A stretch of DNA of 64,000 bases from Treponemataceae bacterium (GCA_963667725.2 CAXXHO010000005.1:288001-352000), one strand, 5' to 3'; shown: positions 11,939 to 21,646, counted from the first letter of the stretch. A program made the numbers and translations. The notes: generated from the letters alone by a model not told the origin.

Positions 11939-12024
11939 GGAAGGGTTCGGAGGATTTGCCGCCGCGAAAATTCAGCGCTATGTTATAGGAAGAAAAATTA
12001 CATTCAATACCAGGAGGACCATCC

Positions 12025-12555
12025 ATGGCCAAAATAACGCATAAAGGCAACCCGATTTCCACGATTGGAACCCTGCCCGCCCTTGGAAGCAAGGCGCCCG
12101 ATTTTCTGTTGACGAAGCGAGACCTGAGCGATGCGACCCTCGCGGATTTCGCGGGAATGGTGAAAATACTGAATATAGTGCCTAGCCTCGATACCGGCGT
12201 CTGCGCCGCGAGCGCCAGGGCTTTCAACAAAGCCGCCGATGGCCTGGGCGGCATCGTCGTGCTCACCATCAGCCGCGACCTGCCCTTCGCGCAGAGCAGA
12301 TTCTGCGAAGCCGAAGGCATCAAGGCCGTCGTGCCCCTTTCGGAACTCCGGAACCGGAATTTCGGAAAGGACTATGGCGTCGCCATCCTCGATGGGTTGC
12401 TGGCCGGCCTCCTCTCCCGCGCCGTCATCGTCCTCGATAAAGACGATAAAGTCGCCTACACCCAGCAAGTGCCGGAAATCGGCCAGGAACCGGACTACCA
12501 GAGCGCTCTCGAAGCGGCGAAAAAGCTACTTGCCTCGAATAAAGGGAATATTTGA
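12025..12555 (+). CDS. tpx: Thiol peroxidase Tpx
   Basis: VPSLDTGVC, SRDLPFAQSRFC, QVPEIGQEPDY. Confidence 0.95.
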   Translation: MAKITHKGNPISTIGTLPALGSKAPDFLLTKRDLSDATLADFAGMVKILNIVPSLDTGVCAASARAFNKAADGLGGIVVLTISRDLPFAQSRFCEAEGIKAVVPLSELRNRNFGKDYGVAILDGLLAGLLSRAVIVLDKDDKVAYTQQVPEIGQEPDYQSALEAAKKLLASNKGNI

Positions 12556-13655
12556 TGAATTATGATGCCATCATCGTCGGCGCGGGCCTTAGCGGCTCGA
12601 CAGCCGCCCGCATACTGGCGGACAAGGGCAAAAAGGTACTCGTGGTGGAGAAACACCGCCACATAGCGGGGCATTGTCATGATTACCGCAACGAACATGG
12701 CATCACGGTTCATACCTACGGGCCGCATATCTTCCATACGAACAACGAGGAAGTGTGGAAATTCGTGAACCGCTTCACCGATTTCCACTATCTCCAGCAC
12801 AGAGTCCTCTCCTACGCCGACGGGCAGACCATTCCCTTCCCCATCAACGCCGATACCATCAATCAGGTCTTCGGAATTTCGATCGGCGTGGACGAGGTGC
12901 CGGCATTCCTGGCCGCCCAGGTAGCCCAATCGACCTTCAACGACCCTCCGCGTAATTTCAGGGACGCCGTCGTTTCCCAGGTGGGCGAGCGCCTCTACTC
13001 ACTTTTCTTCGAGAAATATACCTGGAAGCAGTGGGGACGTGACCCCGCTCTCCTCTCCGCCGACATCGCCAAGCGCATTCCCGTCCGCTCCAACCGGGAC
13101 GGACGCTATTTTTCGGACCGCTATCAGGGCATTCCCTCCAGGGGATACACCGCCATGGTGGACGCCATTCTCGACCATCCCAACATTTCTCTTCTTCTCG
13201 GGGCGGATTGGTTCGAAATCAAGGACGACTACGCCACGAACCTGACGATATTCACGGGAGAGCTGGACCAATTCTTCGGGTACAAATACGGCAAGCTCGA
13301 ATACAGGTCCCTGGACCTCGTCCTCAAGACCTTCGACATGGAAAGCTATCAGGAAGCGCCCGTCGTGAACTATCCCAACGATTACGACTGGACAAGAATC
13401 ACCGAATACAAGAAACTCCTGGACGAAAAATCGCCCCGGACGACCGTATGCTTCGAGTATTCCAAGGCTGAGGGCGAACCCTTCTATATCGTCATGACCG
13501 ATGAAAACATGGCCAAAAGGGAACGCTACATAGGCGAAGTGGAAAAGCTGGAGGCGGCCGGCACCCATCTCTTCATCGGAAGGCTCGCCCAGTACAAATA
13601 CTACAACATGGATCAGGTGATCGCCTCCACCATAGAAAAGGTAAAGGGACTATGA
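12555..13655 (+). CDS. glf: UDP-galactopyranose mutase
   Basis: GAGLSG, HTYGPHIFHT, YTWKQWG, GRLAQYKYYNMDQ. Confidence 0.95.
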   Translation: MNYDAIIVGAGLSGSTAARILADKGKKVLVVEKHRHIAGHCHDYRNEHGITVHTYGPHIFHTNNEEVWKFVNRFTDFHYLQHRVLSYADGQTIPFPINADTINQVFGISIGVDEVPAFLAAQVAQSTFNDPPRNFRDAVVSQVGERLYSLFFEKYTWKQWGRDPALLSADIAKRIPVRSNRDGRYFSDRYQGIPSRGYTAMVDAILDHPNISLLLGADWFEIKDDYATNLTIFTGELDQFFGYKYGKLEYRSLDLVLKTFDMESYQEAPVVNYPNDYDWTRITEYKKLLDEKSPRTTVCFEYSKAEGEPFYIVMTDENMAKRERYIGEVEKLEAAGTHLFIGRLAQYKYYNMDQVIASTIEKVKGL

Positions 13656-14866
13656 AGAAGGAAATAATCAGCGGGATATTCAACGATTCCTACCCGCCTA
13701 TAACCGACGGCGTCGCGATGGTCACCAAGAGCTATGCCTTCTGGCTGAACCGTATCGCGGGACCTTCCTGCGTGGTGACGCCCGATATGCCCGACTATTT
13801 TGACCAGGAAGAGTTCCCCGTCTACCGTTTCCCTTCCATGCCCCTGTCGGTGAGACCTCCCTACAGGTTCGGCGTCAGCCTCATCGGGGAAGCCAAGGAA
13901 CGACGCCTTCGGGGCAACTCCTTCAAGGAGACTCTCCACACCAACATCTTTAATATCCCCTTCGATATCGTCCATACCCACAGTCCTTTTTCCTCTGGAC
14001 TCCTCGCCTACCGCGTCGCCCAGAAATGGAACATCCCCCTCGTCACGACCTTCCACACCAAGTATCGCGAGGATTTCATGCTTGCCATGAAGAGCAAGCT
14101 CCTGACAGACATTGCCGTTCGGCAGCTCGTGGAATTCTACAAAAAAGTGGACTACGTGTGGGTACCCAGCGAGGAGACGATCGAGACGCTGAGATCCTAT
14201 GGATTCAAGGGCGAGATTGAAGTTATGCCCAACGGGACAGACCTCATCGTGACCGACGAGGAACTCCCCGGCCTGCGTTCCTCTGGCGAAAAACTCTATG
14301 GAATACCCGCCGGAATTCCGATGCTGCTCTACATCGGCCAGCACATCAAGGAAAAAAATCTTGAGATCCTGATGGACTCCCTGGGAGTCCTGCACGCCAG
14401 GGGCGTCGATTTCAGGATGGTCTTCATCGGCGGCGGCTATTACGCCGACGCTCTTAAGGAAAAGGCGAAGGCCCTCGGACTTGGCGAGAAAGTGGCCTTC
14501 AAGGGCATCATCCGCGACAGGGAGCAGATCAAGCAGGCCTACGCGCGCGCCGACCTCCTCTACTTCCCTTCGCTCTACGACACCTCCAGCCTCATCGTCA
14601 AGGAATCGGCAGGCATGCGCCGGCCTTCCCTTCTCGTTCAGGGATCGTCGACAGCCGCGGGCGTGCGCGACGGCGAAAACGGTTTTCTCGCGGGAAATTC
14701 GGCCGAAAGCATGGCCGACAAGCTGCAGGCCCTCCTCGCCGACAAGTCACTGATGGATAAGGCAGGCCAGGGCGCCTACGAGACTCTCTACAGATCATGG
14801 GAGAGCGTTATAGACATGGTAGCGGAGCGCTACAGGCAGATACTTCGGGACTGGAAAGGGCGCTGA
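13652..14866 (+). CDS. GT4 family glycosyltransferase (diacylglycerol glycosyltransferase-like)
   Basis: FNDSYPPITDGV, DIVHTHSPF, TTFHTKY, EKN and FPSLYDT motifs. Confidence 0.85.
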   Translation: MKKEIISGIFNDSYPPITDGVAMVTKSYAFWLNRIAGPSCVVTPDMPDYFDQEEFPVYRFPSMPLSVRPPYRFGVSLIGEAKERRLRGNSFKETLHTNIFNIPFDIVHTHSPFSSGLLAYRVAQKWNIPLVTTFHTKYREDFMLAMKSKLLTDIAVRQLVEFYKKVDYVWVPSEETIETLRSYGFKGEIEVMPNGTDLIVTDEELPGLRSSGEKLYGIPAGIPMLLYIGQHIKEKNLEILMDSLGVLHARGVDFRMVFIGGGYYADALKEKAKALGLGEKVAFKGIIRDREQIKQAYARADLLYFPSLYDTSSLIVKESAGMRRPSLLVQGSSTAAGVRDGENGFLAGNSAESMADKLQALLADKSLMDKAGQGAYETLYRSWESVIDMVAERYRQILRDWKGR

Positions 14867-14880
14867 ATCTTCATTGCCTT

Positions 14881-14916
14881 GGGGGCGCGGCCTAGGGGCA
14901 CCCCCAGGCCGCGCCT
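14881..14916. terminator. GC-rich hairpin between convergent genes
   Basis: GGCGCGGCCT...AGGCCGCGCC inverted repeat. Confidence 0.55.
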
Positions 14917-15372
14917 CTAGCCGGTGACGCTGCAGACCGTCCCGCCCGTGATGGACTGGAGCTGGGCAAAGGTCATTGGCACGCCCGTGGAATTCGTGCC
15001 CGCGGCGGGATAGATGGTTTCCCATTGGGAAAGGCTTTCATCAATATATATTGGAATATTCTCGACGCCGAAGGGGCAGACGCCGCCCGGCCAGAAGCCG
15101 GTGAGGGCGAAGGTGTCCTCGGCGCTGGTCATCGACATTTTCTCGCCGCAAAGCCGTTTGACTTTACCGGAGGAAATTTTCTTGTCCCCGGCGCAGACTA
15201 TCATGGCCGCGCGGTCAGAAGCTCCCCGAAAGAGCAGACTTTTCGCTATCTGTCCCACTTCCACGCCAATTTTCGCCGCGGCCGATTCGGCCGTGGGCGT
15301 CGATCCCTCTTCAAACTCAAGCGCCGCGAGACCGTTGGCGTCCAAAATCGCCTTAACCTTGTCTGGTATCAT
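14917..15372 (-). CDS. YbaK/EbsC family aminoacyl-tRNA deacylase
   Basis: TAESAAAKIGVEVGQIAKSLLF and TGFWPGGVCPFG. Confidence 0.9.
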   Translation of the reverse strand: MIPDKVKAILDANGLAALEFEEGSTPTAESAAAKIGVEVGQIAKSLLFRGASDRAAMIVCAGDKKISSGKVKRLCGEKMSMTSAEDTFALTGFWPGGVCPFGVENIPIYIDESLSQWETIYPAAGTNSTGVPMTFAQLQSITGGTVCSVTG

Positions 15373-15452
15373 GGCTGCACATCATGCCACGACCCCGCGC
15401 GCTGGTCAATGAATAGACCCTGGCTTTCGGCGCGGGCGCGGCGCCTGGGCGG

Positions 15453-17216
15453 TCAGGACAGGCCAGTGATCTTGCCGGTCTCCGTATCGATATCCATTCC
15501 CATATAGCCGGGCTTGGAAGGCAGGCCGGGCATGGTGGTTATCTCCCCCGAAAGGGGATAGATGAAACCGGCGCCCGCGGCCAGACGGAGATCGTTGACC
15601 GGGAAGACATAGCCTTTGGGAACGCCCTTGAGAGCGGGATCGTGCGAGAGCGAATACTGCGTCTTGGCCATGCAGACGGGAAGATCCCCGTAGCCGAGGT
15701 CGCTAAATTTCTCCATCGCGGACTCGGCCTCGGGCGAATAGCTCACTCTGTCGGCGCCGTAGACCTCCCTCGCGAGGGTGTCGATCTTGTCGCGGATCGG
15801 CATCTCGAGGGGATAGAGGAACTTCACCGAAGAGGGCTGCGAGGCGGCCTTTTCCACGGCGCGAGCTAGGTCGGCCGCGCCCTCGCCGCCGAGTTCCCAG
15901 TTCCTCGCGAGGCAGGCATCGGAGGCGCCGGCGGCGAGGGCGGCTTCGCGGATGAGCCCATGCTCGGCTTCCGTATCGCTCGGGAAGGCATTGATGGCGA
16001 CGACGACGGGCAGGCCGAAGCTCCTGATGATGCCGATATGCGCCCTGAGATTATCGAGACCCTTGCCGAGCAGGGCGAGATCCTCATGCGTGTAGGCCGA
16101 GGCCAGGGGTTTCCCCGGGGTGACCTTGGGACCGCCGCCATGCATCTTCAGGGCTCTCACCGTGGCCACGAGGACGACTGCGTCGGGCATCATCCCGGAA
16201 GTCCTGCACTTGATGTCGATGAATTTCTCGAAGCCCATGTCGGCCCCGAAACCCGATTCGGTGACGACATAGTCGGCCACCCGCGCCGCCATCTGGTCGG
16301 CCAGGACGGAAGAGTTGCCGTGCGCGATATTGGCGAAGGGACCGGCGTGCACGAAGGCCAGCTGTTCCTCGAGGGTCTGGAGAATGTTCGGCTTGAGGGC
16401 GTCCTTCATGAGAATGGTCATGGCGCCAGCCACCTTCAAGTCCTCGGTGGTGACGGCCTTGCCTGACCTGTCCAAGGCCACGACGATCCTCCCCATGCGC
16501 TCGCGAAGATCGGCGAGGCTCGTGGAAAGGGCGAGAATGGCCATCACCTCGCTCGATACGGCGATGTCGAACCCGGTTTCGCGCAAGGGCCCATTTTCCA
16601 GGCCGCCAATGCCAACGATGATCTTGCGCAGCGTCCTGTCGTTCATGTCCATGACGCGACGCCACAGCACGTTGAAGGGATCGATGTTGAGCTTGCCGAA
16701 TCCCAGCTTCTCATAGTAGGCGTCCGACCAGCGGCTCTCGTGATACATGCGCGCGTCAAGGGCTGTGGAACAGAGATTGTGCGCGGCGCTTACGGCGTGG
16801 ATATCGCCGGTGAGGTGGAGGTTGAAATCGGCCATAGGCACGATCTGGCTGTAGCCGCCGCCTGCGGCGCCCCCCTTGATGCCGAAGGTGGGGCCCTGAG
16901 AGGGCTGGCGTATGGTCGCTATCGCTTTTTTCCCGATCCAGCCGAGACCCTGGGCGAGGCCCACGGTGACGGTAGTCTTGCCCTCGCCGAGGGGAGTCGG
17001 GGTTATGGCCGTAACATCGATATATTTCGCTCGCTTGGAGGCTGCCGGCCTGTCGCGGAGGAATTCCAGGCTCACCTTGGCCTTGTCGGTGCCGTAATGC
17101 TCCAGGTATCGCTCGTCGATGCCGTAGCGCCCGGCGATTTCGGAAATGGGCATTATGGTCGCTGCCTGGGCTATATCGATATCGCTCGGCACGGGATTGC
17201 TGCGGACTACGGACAT
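15453..17216 (-). CDS. fhs: Formate--tetrahydrofolate ligase
   Basis: TAITPTPLGEGKTT, GIKGGAAGGGYSQ, HAGPFANIAHG, MAKTQYSLS, TMPGLP; GGAGG SD before the ATG at 17216. Confidence 0.97.
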   Translation of the reverse strand: MSVVRSNPVPSDIDIAQAATIMPISEIAGRYGIDERYLEHYGTDKAKVSLEFLRDRPAASKRAKYIDVTAITPTPLGEGKTTVTVGLAQGLGWIGKKAIATIRQPSQGPTFGIKGGAAGGGYSQIVPMADFNLHLTGDIHAVSAAHNLCSTALDARMYHESRWSDAYYEKLGFGKLNIDPFNVLWRRVMDMNDRTLRKIIVGIGGLENGPLRETGFDIAVSSEVMAILALSTSLADLRERMGRIVVALDRSGKAVTTEDLKVAGAMTILMKDALKPNILQTLEEQLAFVHAGPFANIAHGNSSVLADQMAARVADYVVTESGFGADMGFEKFIDIKCRTSGMMPDAVVLVATVRALKMHGGGPKVTPGKPLASAYTHEDLALLGKGLDNLRAHIGIIRSFGLPVVVAINAFPSDTEAEHGLIREAALAAGASDACLARNWELGGEGAADLARAVEKAASQPSSVKFLYPLEMPIRDKIDTLAREVYGADRVSYSPEAESAMEKFSDLGYGDLPVCMAKTQYSLSHDPALKGVPKGYVFPVNDLRLAAGAGFIYPLSGEITTMPGLPSKPGYMGMDIDTETGKITGLS

Positions 17217-17429
17217 TTTAACCTCCATGGACAGACCCTTCGAAGTATCGCCGTTCCGGCCTCATCCTCGAAAGGACTCGCTCGCGACCTCCCGCGAGAC
17301 TATTGATATTAAGATAACGTAATATAAGGGGAGTAAATGGTCAATGAAGCCATGATGGATCAATGAACCTCTTTTTGTCGGCTTTATCAAGACAGGGTAG
17401 GTCGGAAAAAAACAAAATTCAACCTTTTC

Positions 17430-18224
17430 TCAATGGCGAAACGTCTTTACGGCGAAAACGATGAGAGCGCCGACGACGATTATCGCGGGGCTTGTCGGTA
17501 GGTCGAGCCACAGCGCCAGCATGAAACCCCCAAAATTCATCGCGCAACCGAATGCCGCTCCCCAGAACAGCGTCCCTTTCAAACCCTTTTTCATGGAGCG
17601 GGCTGCCAGCGCCGGCAGGATAGTAACCGCGTCCACCATAAGCGCGCCCGTCACTTTCATGGCAAGACCGATGCCCAGACATACCAGTACGATAATTCCG
17701 TAATACACGCCGCGTGCATGGATTCCTTGGGCATACGCCAATTCCCGGTCGTAAAGTACTGCCAGGATTTCACGAAAGAATATCGCCGTGACGAGGATCA
17801 CCAACGCGGCGCCGCCGCAAGTAAGATACAGTTCCGTCTTTGAAAGCGCGAGAACGCTTCCCCAGAATAGATCGAATGCTTCGATGGCGTTGACCTTGGA
17901 TTTGTAGAAGAGGATGAAGGCCAACCCCAGACTCAGGGTCATGATCAAGCCAAGAGGCCCTCCCGCAGACGCCGCGTTCCGTTCGGAAAGTCGGGCAATG
18001 CCGACTCCGGCTAACAAGGCCATGGCTAGCGCCGAAATATGGGGAGGAAAACCAAAAAGAAGCCCAATTCCAGCCCCAAGCAGGGATGCGTGCATTATGG
18101 CAAACCGGGCGGGCACCAGCTCGAGAACCAAGATATAGACACCTAAGACGGGGAAAGCCAATCCGGTGGCCATAAGCGCCAGAAGAGCCCTTCTGAAAGG
18201 TAAAAGCATGAACACTTCAAACAT
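17430..18224 (-). CDS. Metal ABC transporter permease (ZnuB/MntB type)
   Basis: Multi-TM protein with HASLLG, LFWGSVLAL, YDRELA and GALMV..ILPA motifs. Confidence 0.88.
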   Translation of the reverse strand: MFEVFMLLPFRRALLALMATGLAFPVLGVYILVLELVPARFAIMHASLLGAGIGLLFGFPPHISALAMALLAGVGIARLSERNAASAGGPLGLIMTLSLGLAFILFYKSKVNAIEAFDLFWGSVLALSKTELYLTCGGAALVILVTAIFFREILAVLYDRELAYAQGIHARGVYYGIIVLVCLGIGLAMKVTGALMVDAVTILPALAARSMKKGLKGTLFWGAAFGCAMNFGGFMLALWLDLPTSPAIIVVGALIVFAVKTFRH

Positions 18225-18957
18225 GGCCGACCTCGATTCGCCCGCCTTCGAAGTCGAGAAAGCTGTCGCAGAGGCTCAGAAGTTCGGCGCTATGAGATAC
18301 CAGAAGCATCGACGCCGCCTTGTCCCGGGCGATGGAAACGAGAAGTTTGGAGATATATTCCCGTCCCTTCTCATCCAGGTGAACTCCTGGCTCATCGAGA
18401 AGCATGAGAAGCGGTTCGGCGGCAAGAGCCTTGGCTATCATCACACGCTGGTATTGGCCGCCGGACAATTCCTGAATTGCTTTCGTACCGAGGCTGGCGA
18501 CGCCAGCCTTTTCCTTCGCCGCTTCAATAGCTTTCCAATCCCCGGCTTCATAACGTCCGAGAAAGCCCACCCTGCCATAACGGCCGAGAGCGACGACATC
18601 GTCGACAGTCAGGCGCAGCTGTCCGGGAGGACGAGACTGCGGGACATATCCCACCCTCGCGAGCAGCTTCCGGAAGTTGCTTTTGCCTGGTTCAAAACCA
18701 GCGAGACGCAAAGTTCCCGACCGTGTCGCGACAAGCCCCAGGCAAGCCTTGAGAAAAGTGGACTTCCCCGCTCCGTTGGGTCCTCGAAGCCCTATAATTC
18801 GGCCTTCGCCGCCTTCAATTCTGAACGACACCCTGTCCAGAACCATAATTGAGCCATAGCCGATGGAAACATTGCGCGCTTCGATGAGCGGGACGCCTTC
18901 GATACCCTCTAGACCCCGAATTTGCGCTCTTTTCGCCACGATCGCGGTTTCGCCCAC
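18217..18957 (-). CDS. Metal ABC transporter ATP-binding protein (ZnuC type)
   Basis: GPNGAGKST, GYVPQ, LSGGQYQRV, LLDEP, VSH. Confidence 0.9.
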   Translation of the reverse strand: MGETAIVAKRAQIRGLEGIEGVPLIEARNVSIGYGSIMVLDRVSFRIEGGEGRIIGLRGPNGAGKSTFLKACLGLVATRSGTLRLAGFEPGKSNFRKLLARVGYVPQSRPPGQLRLTVDDVVALGRYGRVGFLGRYEAGDWKAIEAAKEKAGVASLGTKAIQELSGGQYQRVMIAKALAAEPLLMLLDEPGVHLDEKGREYISKLLVSIARDKAASMLLVSHSAELLSLCDSFLDFEGGRIEVGHV

Positions 18958-18966
18958 GTTCAGGTC

Positions 18967-19731
18967 TTACCGCGAAACGTCGCGTGAGGCCGCGATGAAG
19001 GATTTTTCATTGAGCGCGAAGACGTCTTCTATCGTTTTCGTGCCATCTTTTCCCGGAAAATTCACGAGGGCGACATAGGGAACGCCGAGCGCCTCTATAA
19101 GGGCTTTACCCGATATGTTGTGATAATTATCGATGACGATCGCCGGTTTGGCGCCGAGGATTTCGAGCAATACGGCCGGAGAAGGTTCGCCGGGGCCGAA
19201 AGTTCCGACAATCTCGAATCCAAGCCACTCCGCATAGGTCTTCAAATATTTATGAACCGCGGCCTTTCGATTGGGATAAACGGCCATGACTTTCGCCTTC
19301 ATGGACTCGGTGAGACGATCGAAGGAGACGGCCCAAGCTTCGAAAGCGGAAATGGTGCCAAATGCCGCGGCAAGTTTTCGCGCTTCGCTCTTGAAGGTGA
19401 CGGGAAGGTTGTCAGTATACACCTGCATTATTTTTAGCCCGTCGTTCTCAGCGGTTTCGGCGAGACGCTTGGCGAAGCGTTCATACCCTGAGTGAACGAG
19501 GAACTGGGCTCCCGCCACCGCGGTGAGATCGGATGGCTTTATCTCATATTCCGGCGGGTGTTTCAGCTCCATGGGAGCGATCGTCACGACATCCCGAGCA
19601 CCGGCGGCCCTGGCGAAAGCGGCGGTCCATGATGTGGAAGCGATGACTTTAAAAGGTGCTGCTGTCTGGGCCGAAATAGAAATTCCCGCCGAGGCGATGA
19701 TAAATGAGGCAATGAGATTTCTGAATTTCAT
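18967..19731 (-). CDS. Metal ABC transporter substrate-binding protein (TroA/ZnuA-like, divergent)
   Basis: Signal peptide; KVIASTSW, HPPEYEIKPSD, GPGEPSP; upstream of the ATPase and permease. Confidence 0.8.
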   Translation of the reverse strand: MKFRNLIASFIIASAGISISAQTAAPFKVIASTSWTAAFARAAGARDVVTIAPMELKHPPEYEIKPSDLTAVAGAQFLVHSGYERFAKRLAETAENDGLKIMQVYTDNLPVTFKSEARKLAAAFGTISAFEAWAVSFDRLTESMKAKVMAVYPNRKAAVHKYLKTYAEWLGFEIVGTFGPGEPSPAVLLEILGAKPAIVIDNYHNISGKALIEALGVPYVALVNFPGKDGTKTIEDVFALNEKSFIAASRDVSR

Positions 19732-19902
19732 GGAAAATATCCATTGGATCGTAATCGCGCGGCATCGAGCCATGACGAGACGTGTCATGCGCCTCGTTCA
19801 GCGGCATCCTCCAAGACGACGCCTCGGGGAAAGCCGTTTGTCGTGAAAGCGATGGGAAAGCGGCAATCATGCCGCTGACGTCGACTTCGAGCCGACAACT
19901 CG

Positions 19903-20325
19903 TTATATATCGCCGAGCTTTTCCTTGGCAAGGGTCATCGCGCAGGAAAGCAATTGGCCAAGAGGCTTCTGATCGAATCCTGCGAGAATGAAATGATTCT
20001 GGGCGACGGGAATAAGGATGCGCTCGCAGGAAGCGGTGAGCACCGCCTCGGCCATGGCCGAAGTAATCTCGCCAAGCATGCCGTTCGGGATGACAATGCC
20101 AAGCGGTCCCATTATAAGCGAACCTGTTCCCGCGGAGACTTTAATGGCGTTTTCTCCGCTCGCGCCCTTGTCCGCCCCCGATTTGAGCATTCGCTCGGTG
20201 GCGTTGGAATTTGTTCCTAGGCCGATTATCTCCACTCGGTCATCAAACGAAGCGCGAATCAATTCGACGAGCTGAGCGCCAATACCGCCACCCATGCCAT
20301 CCACCACGATGATCCTCTTTTTCAT
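19903..20325 (-). CDS. DUF3842 family protein
   Basis: IIVVDGMGGGIG, LGTNSNAT..MLKSGA..GASGENAI, GEIT..MAEAV. Confidence 0.85.
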   Translation of the reverse strand: MKKRIIVVDGMGGGIGAQLVELIRASFDDRVEIIGLGTNSNATERMLKSGADKGASGENAIKVSAGTGSLIMGPLGIVIPNGMLGEITSAMAEAVLTASCERILIPVAQNHFILAGFDQKPLGQLLSCAMTLAKEKLGDI

Positions 20326-20424
20326 ACAACAAGAGTATTGTCCGCGAAGAGAAGGGTCAAGTTATATAGATTCACTGTGAGCGATCGCTTGACTGTCTTG
20401 GGCGCTCCAGCCGATACTTGGCGA

Positions 20425-20622
20425 GGAGACGGTTCGCGAGCCCTGGCCCGCGGCTAAAAGAGAATCCGGTCCAAATCCGGAACTGCCCCGCAGCGGTAAG
20501 AAAGAACGAAAGCCATCATAGGCACTGGAAGTATTCCATTCCGGGAAGCGATGGCCAGTAGAAACATGGCGCGTATGCAAATACGGCCGAAACGCTTTAA
20601 GTCCGAAAACCTGCCGTCTTCC
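20425..20622 (+). ncRNA. Cobalamin riboswitch 1 (upstream of tonB)
   Basis: AAAAGAGAATCCGGT.CAAATCCGG.ACTGCCCCGCAGCGGTAA, CACTG...GGGAAG and B12-box AAGTCCGAAAACCTGCC; P1 GAGACGG/CCGTCTT. Preceded by TTGACT-N18-GATACT (20389-20418). Confidence 0.92.
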
Positions 20623-20695
20623 ATCCGCGTCCTGGCATGCGGATGACATGACCCGAAAGCGCCTCGAGGGAGGTCGGTGGTCGGCAGTGTATTTC

Positions 20696-20730
20696 CGCCT
20701 ATCGCCTATCGCCTATCGCCTATCGCTAAT
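20696..20730 (+). repeat. Heptamer tandem repeat (CGCCTAT)x4 plus one degenerate copy
   Basis: CGCCTAT CGCCTAT CGCCTAT CGCCTAT CGCTAAT read directly from the sequence. Confidence 0.9.
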
Positions 20731-20782
20731 CGACACGTCGCGCTTCCATGCTGTCCGAGGGGATACGCATACCGGAAATAAT

Positions 20783-21646
20783 ATGGATGATCCTGCTAAG
20801 CGAAAGAGGTTTCCCATCTCCGCCTTCCGCCCTCCCCGCGAAGATAATTCCGGCGACATCCGCGCGAGTCTGGAAAGAAGAGCGCTCCGCCGCTATCGGT
20901 ATATTGCGGTAACGGCCACGACTATCCTCTACGCTGGGCTAGCGTTCATTCCCGGAAGCATATTCATATGTGACAGGCGCAACGTCACGCAAGTTGTGCG
21001 CCTTAACCTAGTGCCGGTCGATACCGCGGATACTTCAGCCGAAACACCCACGACGCAGGAGCAGGCTAGACCAGTGAATGCGAACATTCCGATCACCGCC
21101 CCTCCCAAAGCGCGCATCGCGCAGCCTTTGCCGCCGCCCGTCACGGTTGCCCGGCCCCTCCCGAAAAACATCGCGGATTCGGAGGTACTGGAATCGGCTG
21201 AGGACACACCCAGGGAGAATGTTCCCGAGCAGAGTAGCGGGCCGTCGCTGGAAAGCGCGAAAGAGACCGCTAGAAGCGCCGAAAAGAATTCAAACGAACC
21301 GAATGACGAATACCAACCCGATGTCGAGCCGGAGCGGAGCGATAAGGCGGCAGCGTATGCTCCGCCTTCCGCCGATGAAGTCCTCGCGCTTATATCGACG
21401 GGAATAAAGAAAAGAAAGAACTATCCCGAAGCGGCAAGGCTGAAGTCCGCGGAAGGAATCGTAAGGATTAACGTGTCGATCTTGCCGGACGGCAACTTGA
21501 AATCATTGAGAATAGTGGCTAGATCGGGCAGCGCGATCCTGGACCGCGCCGCTCTGGACCTAGTCAAAGGCCTTTTCCCGATGGGAATCGCCCTGGCCGG
21601 GGAAATGGAAGTTCTGGTACCCATCGAGTACAGACTCATCCGCTGA
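20783..21646 (+). CDS. tonB: TonB family energy transducer
   Basis: N-terminal TM segment, Pro/Glu-rich spacer, TonB_C domain (YPEAARLKSAEGIVRINVSILPDG...RSGSAILDRAAL...VPIEYRL). Confidence 0.82.
   Translation: MDDPAKRKRFPISAFRPPREDNSGDIRASLERRALRRYRYIAVTATTILYAGLAFIPGSIFICDRRNVTQVVRLNLVPVDTADTSAETPTTQEQARPVNANIPITAPPKARIAQPLPPPVTVARPLPKNIADSEVLESAEDTPRENVPEQSSGPSLESAKETARSAEKNSNEPNDEYQPDVEPERSDKAAAYAPPSADEVLALISTGIKKRKNYPEAARLKSAEGIVRINVSILPDGNLKSLRIVARSGSAILDRAALDLVKGLFPMGIALAGEMEVLVPIEYRLIR

Noticed and set aside
17217..17310. ZTP or THF riboswitch upstream of fhs
   Set aside because: Only small hairpins (CTCGCG/CGCGAG, TCCT-TTCG-AGGA); the conserved aptamer motifs were not found.
17320..17350. 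AAGGGGAGTA resembling the start of a yybP-ykoY (Mn) riboswitch
   Set aside because: The remaining consensus is missing and there is no plus-strand gene downstream.
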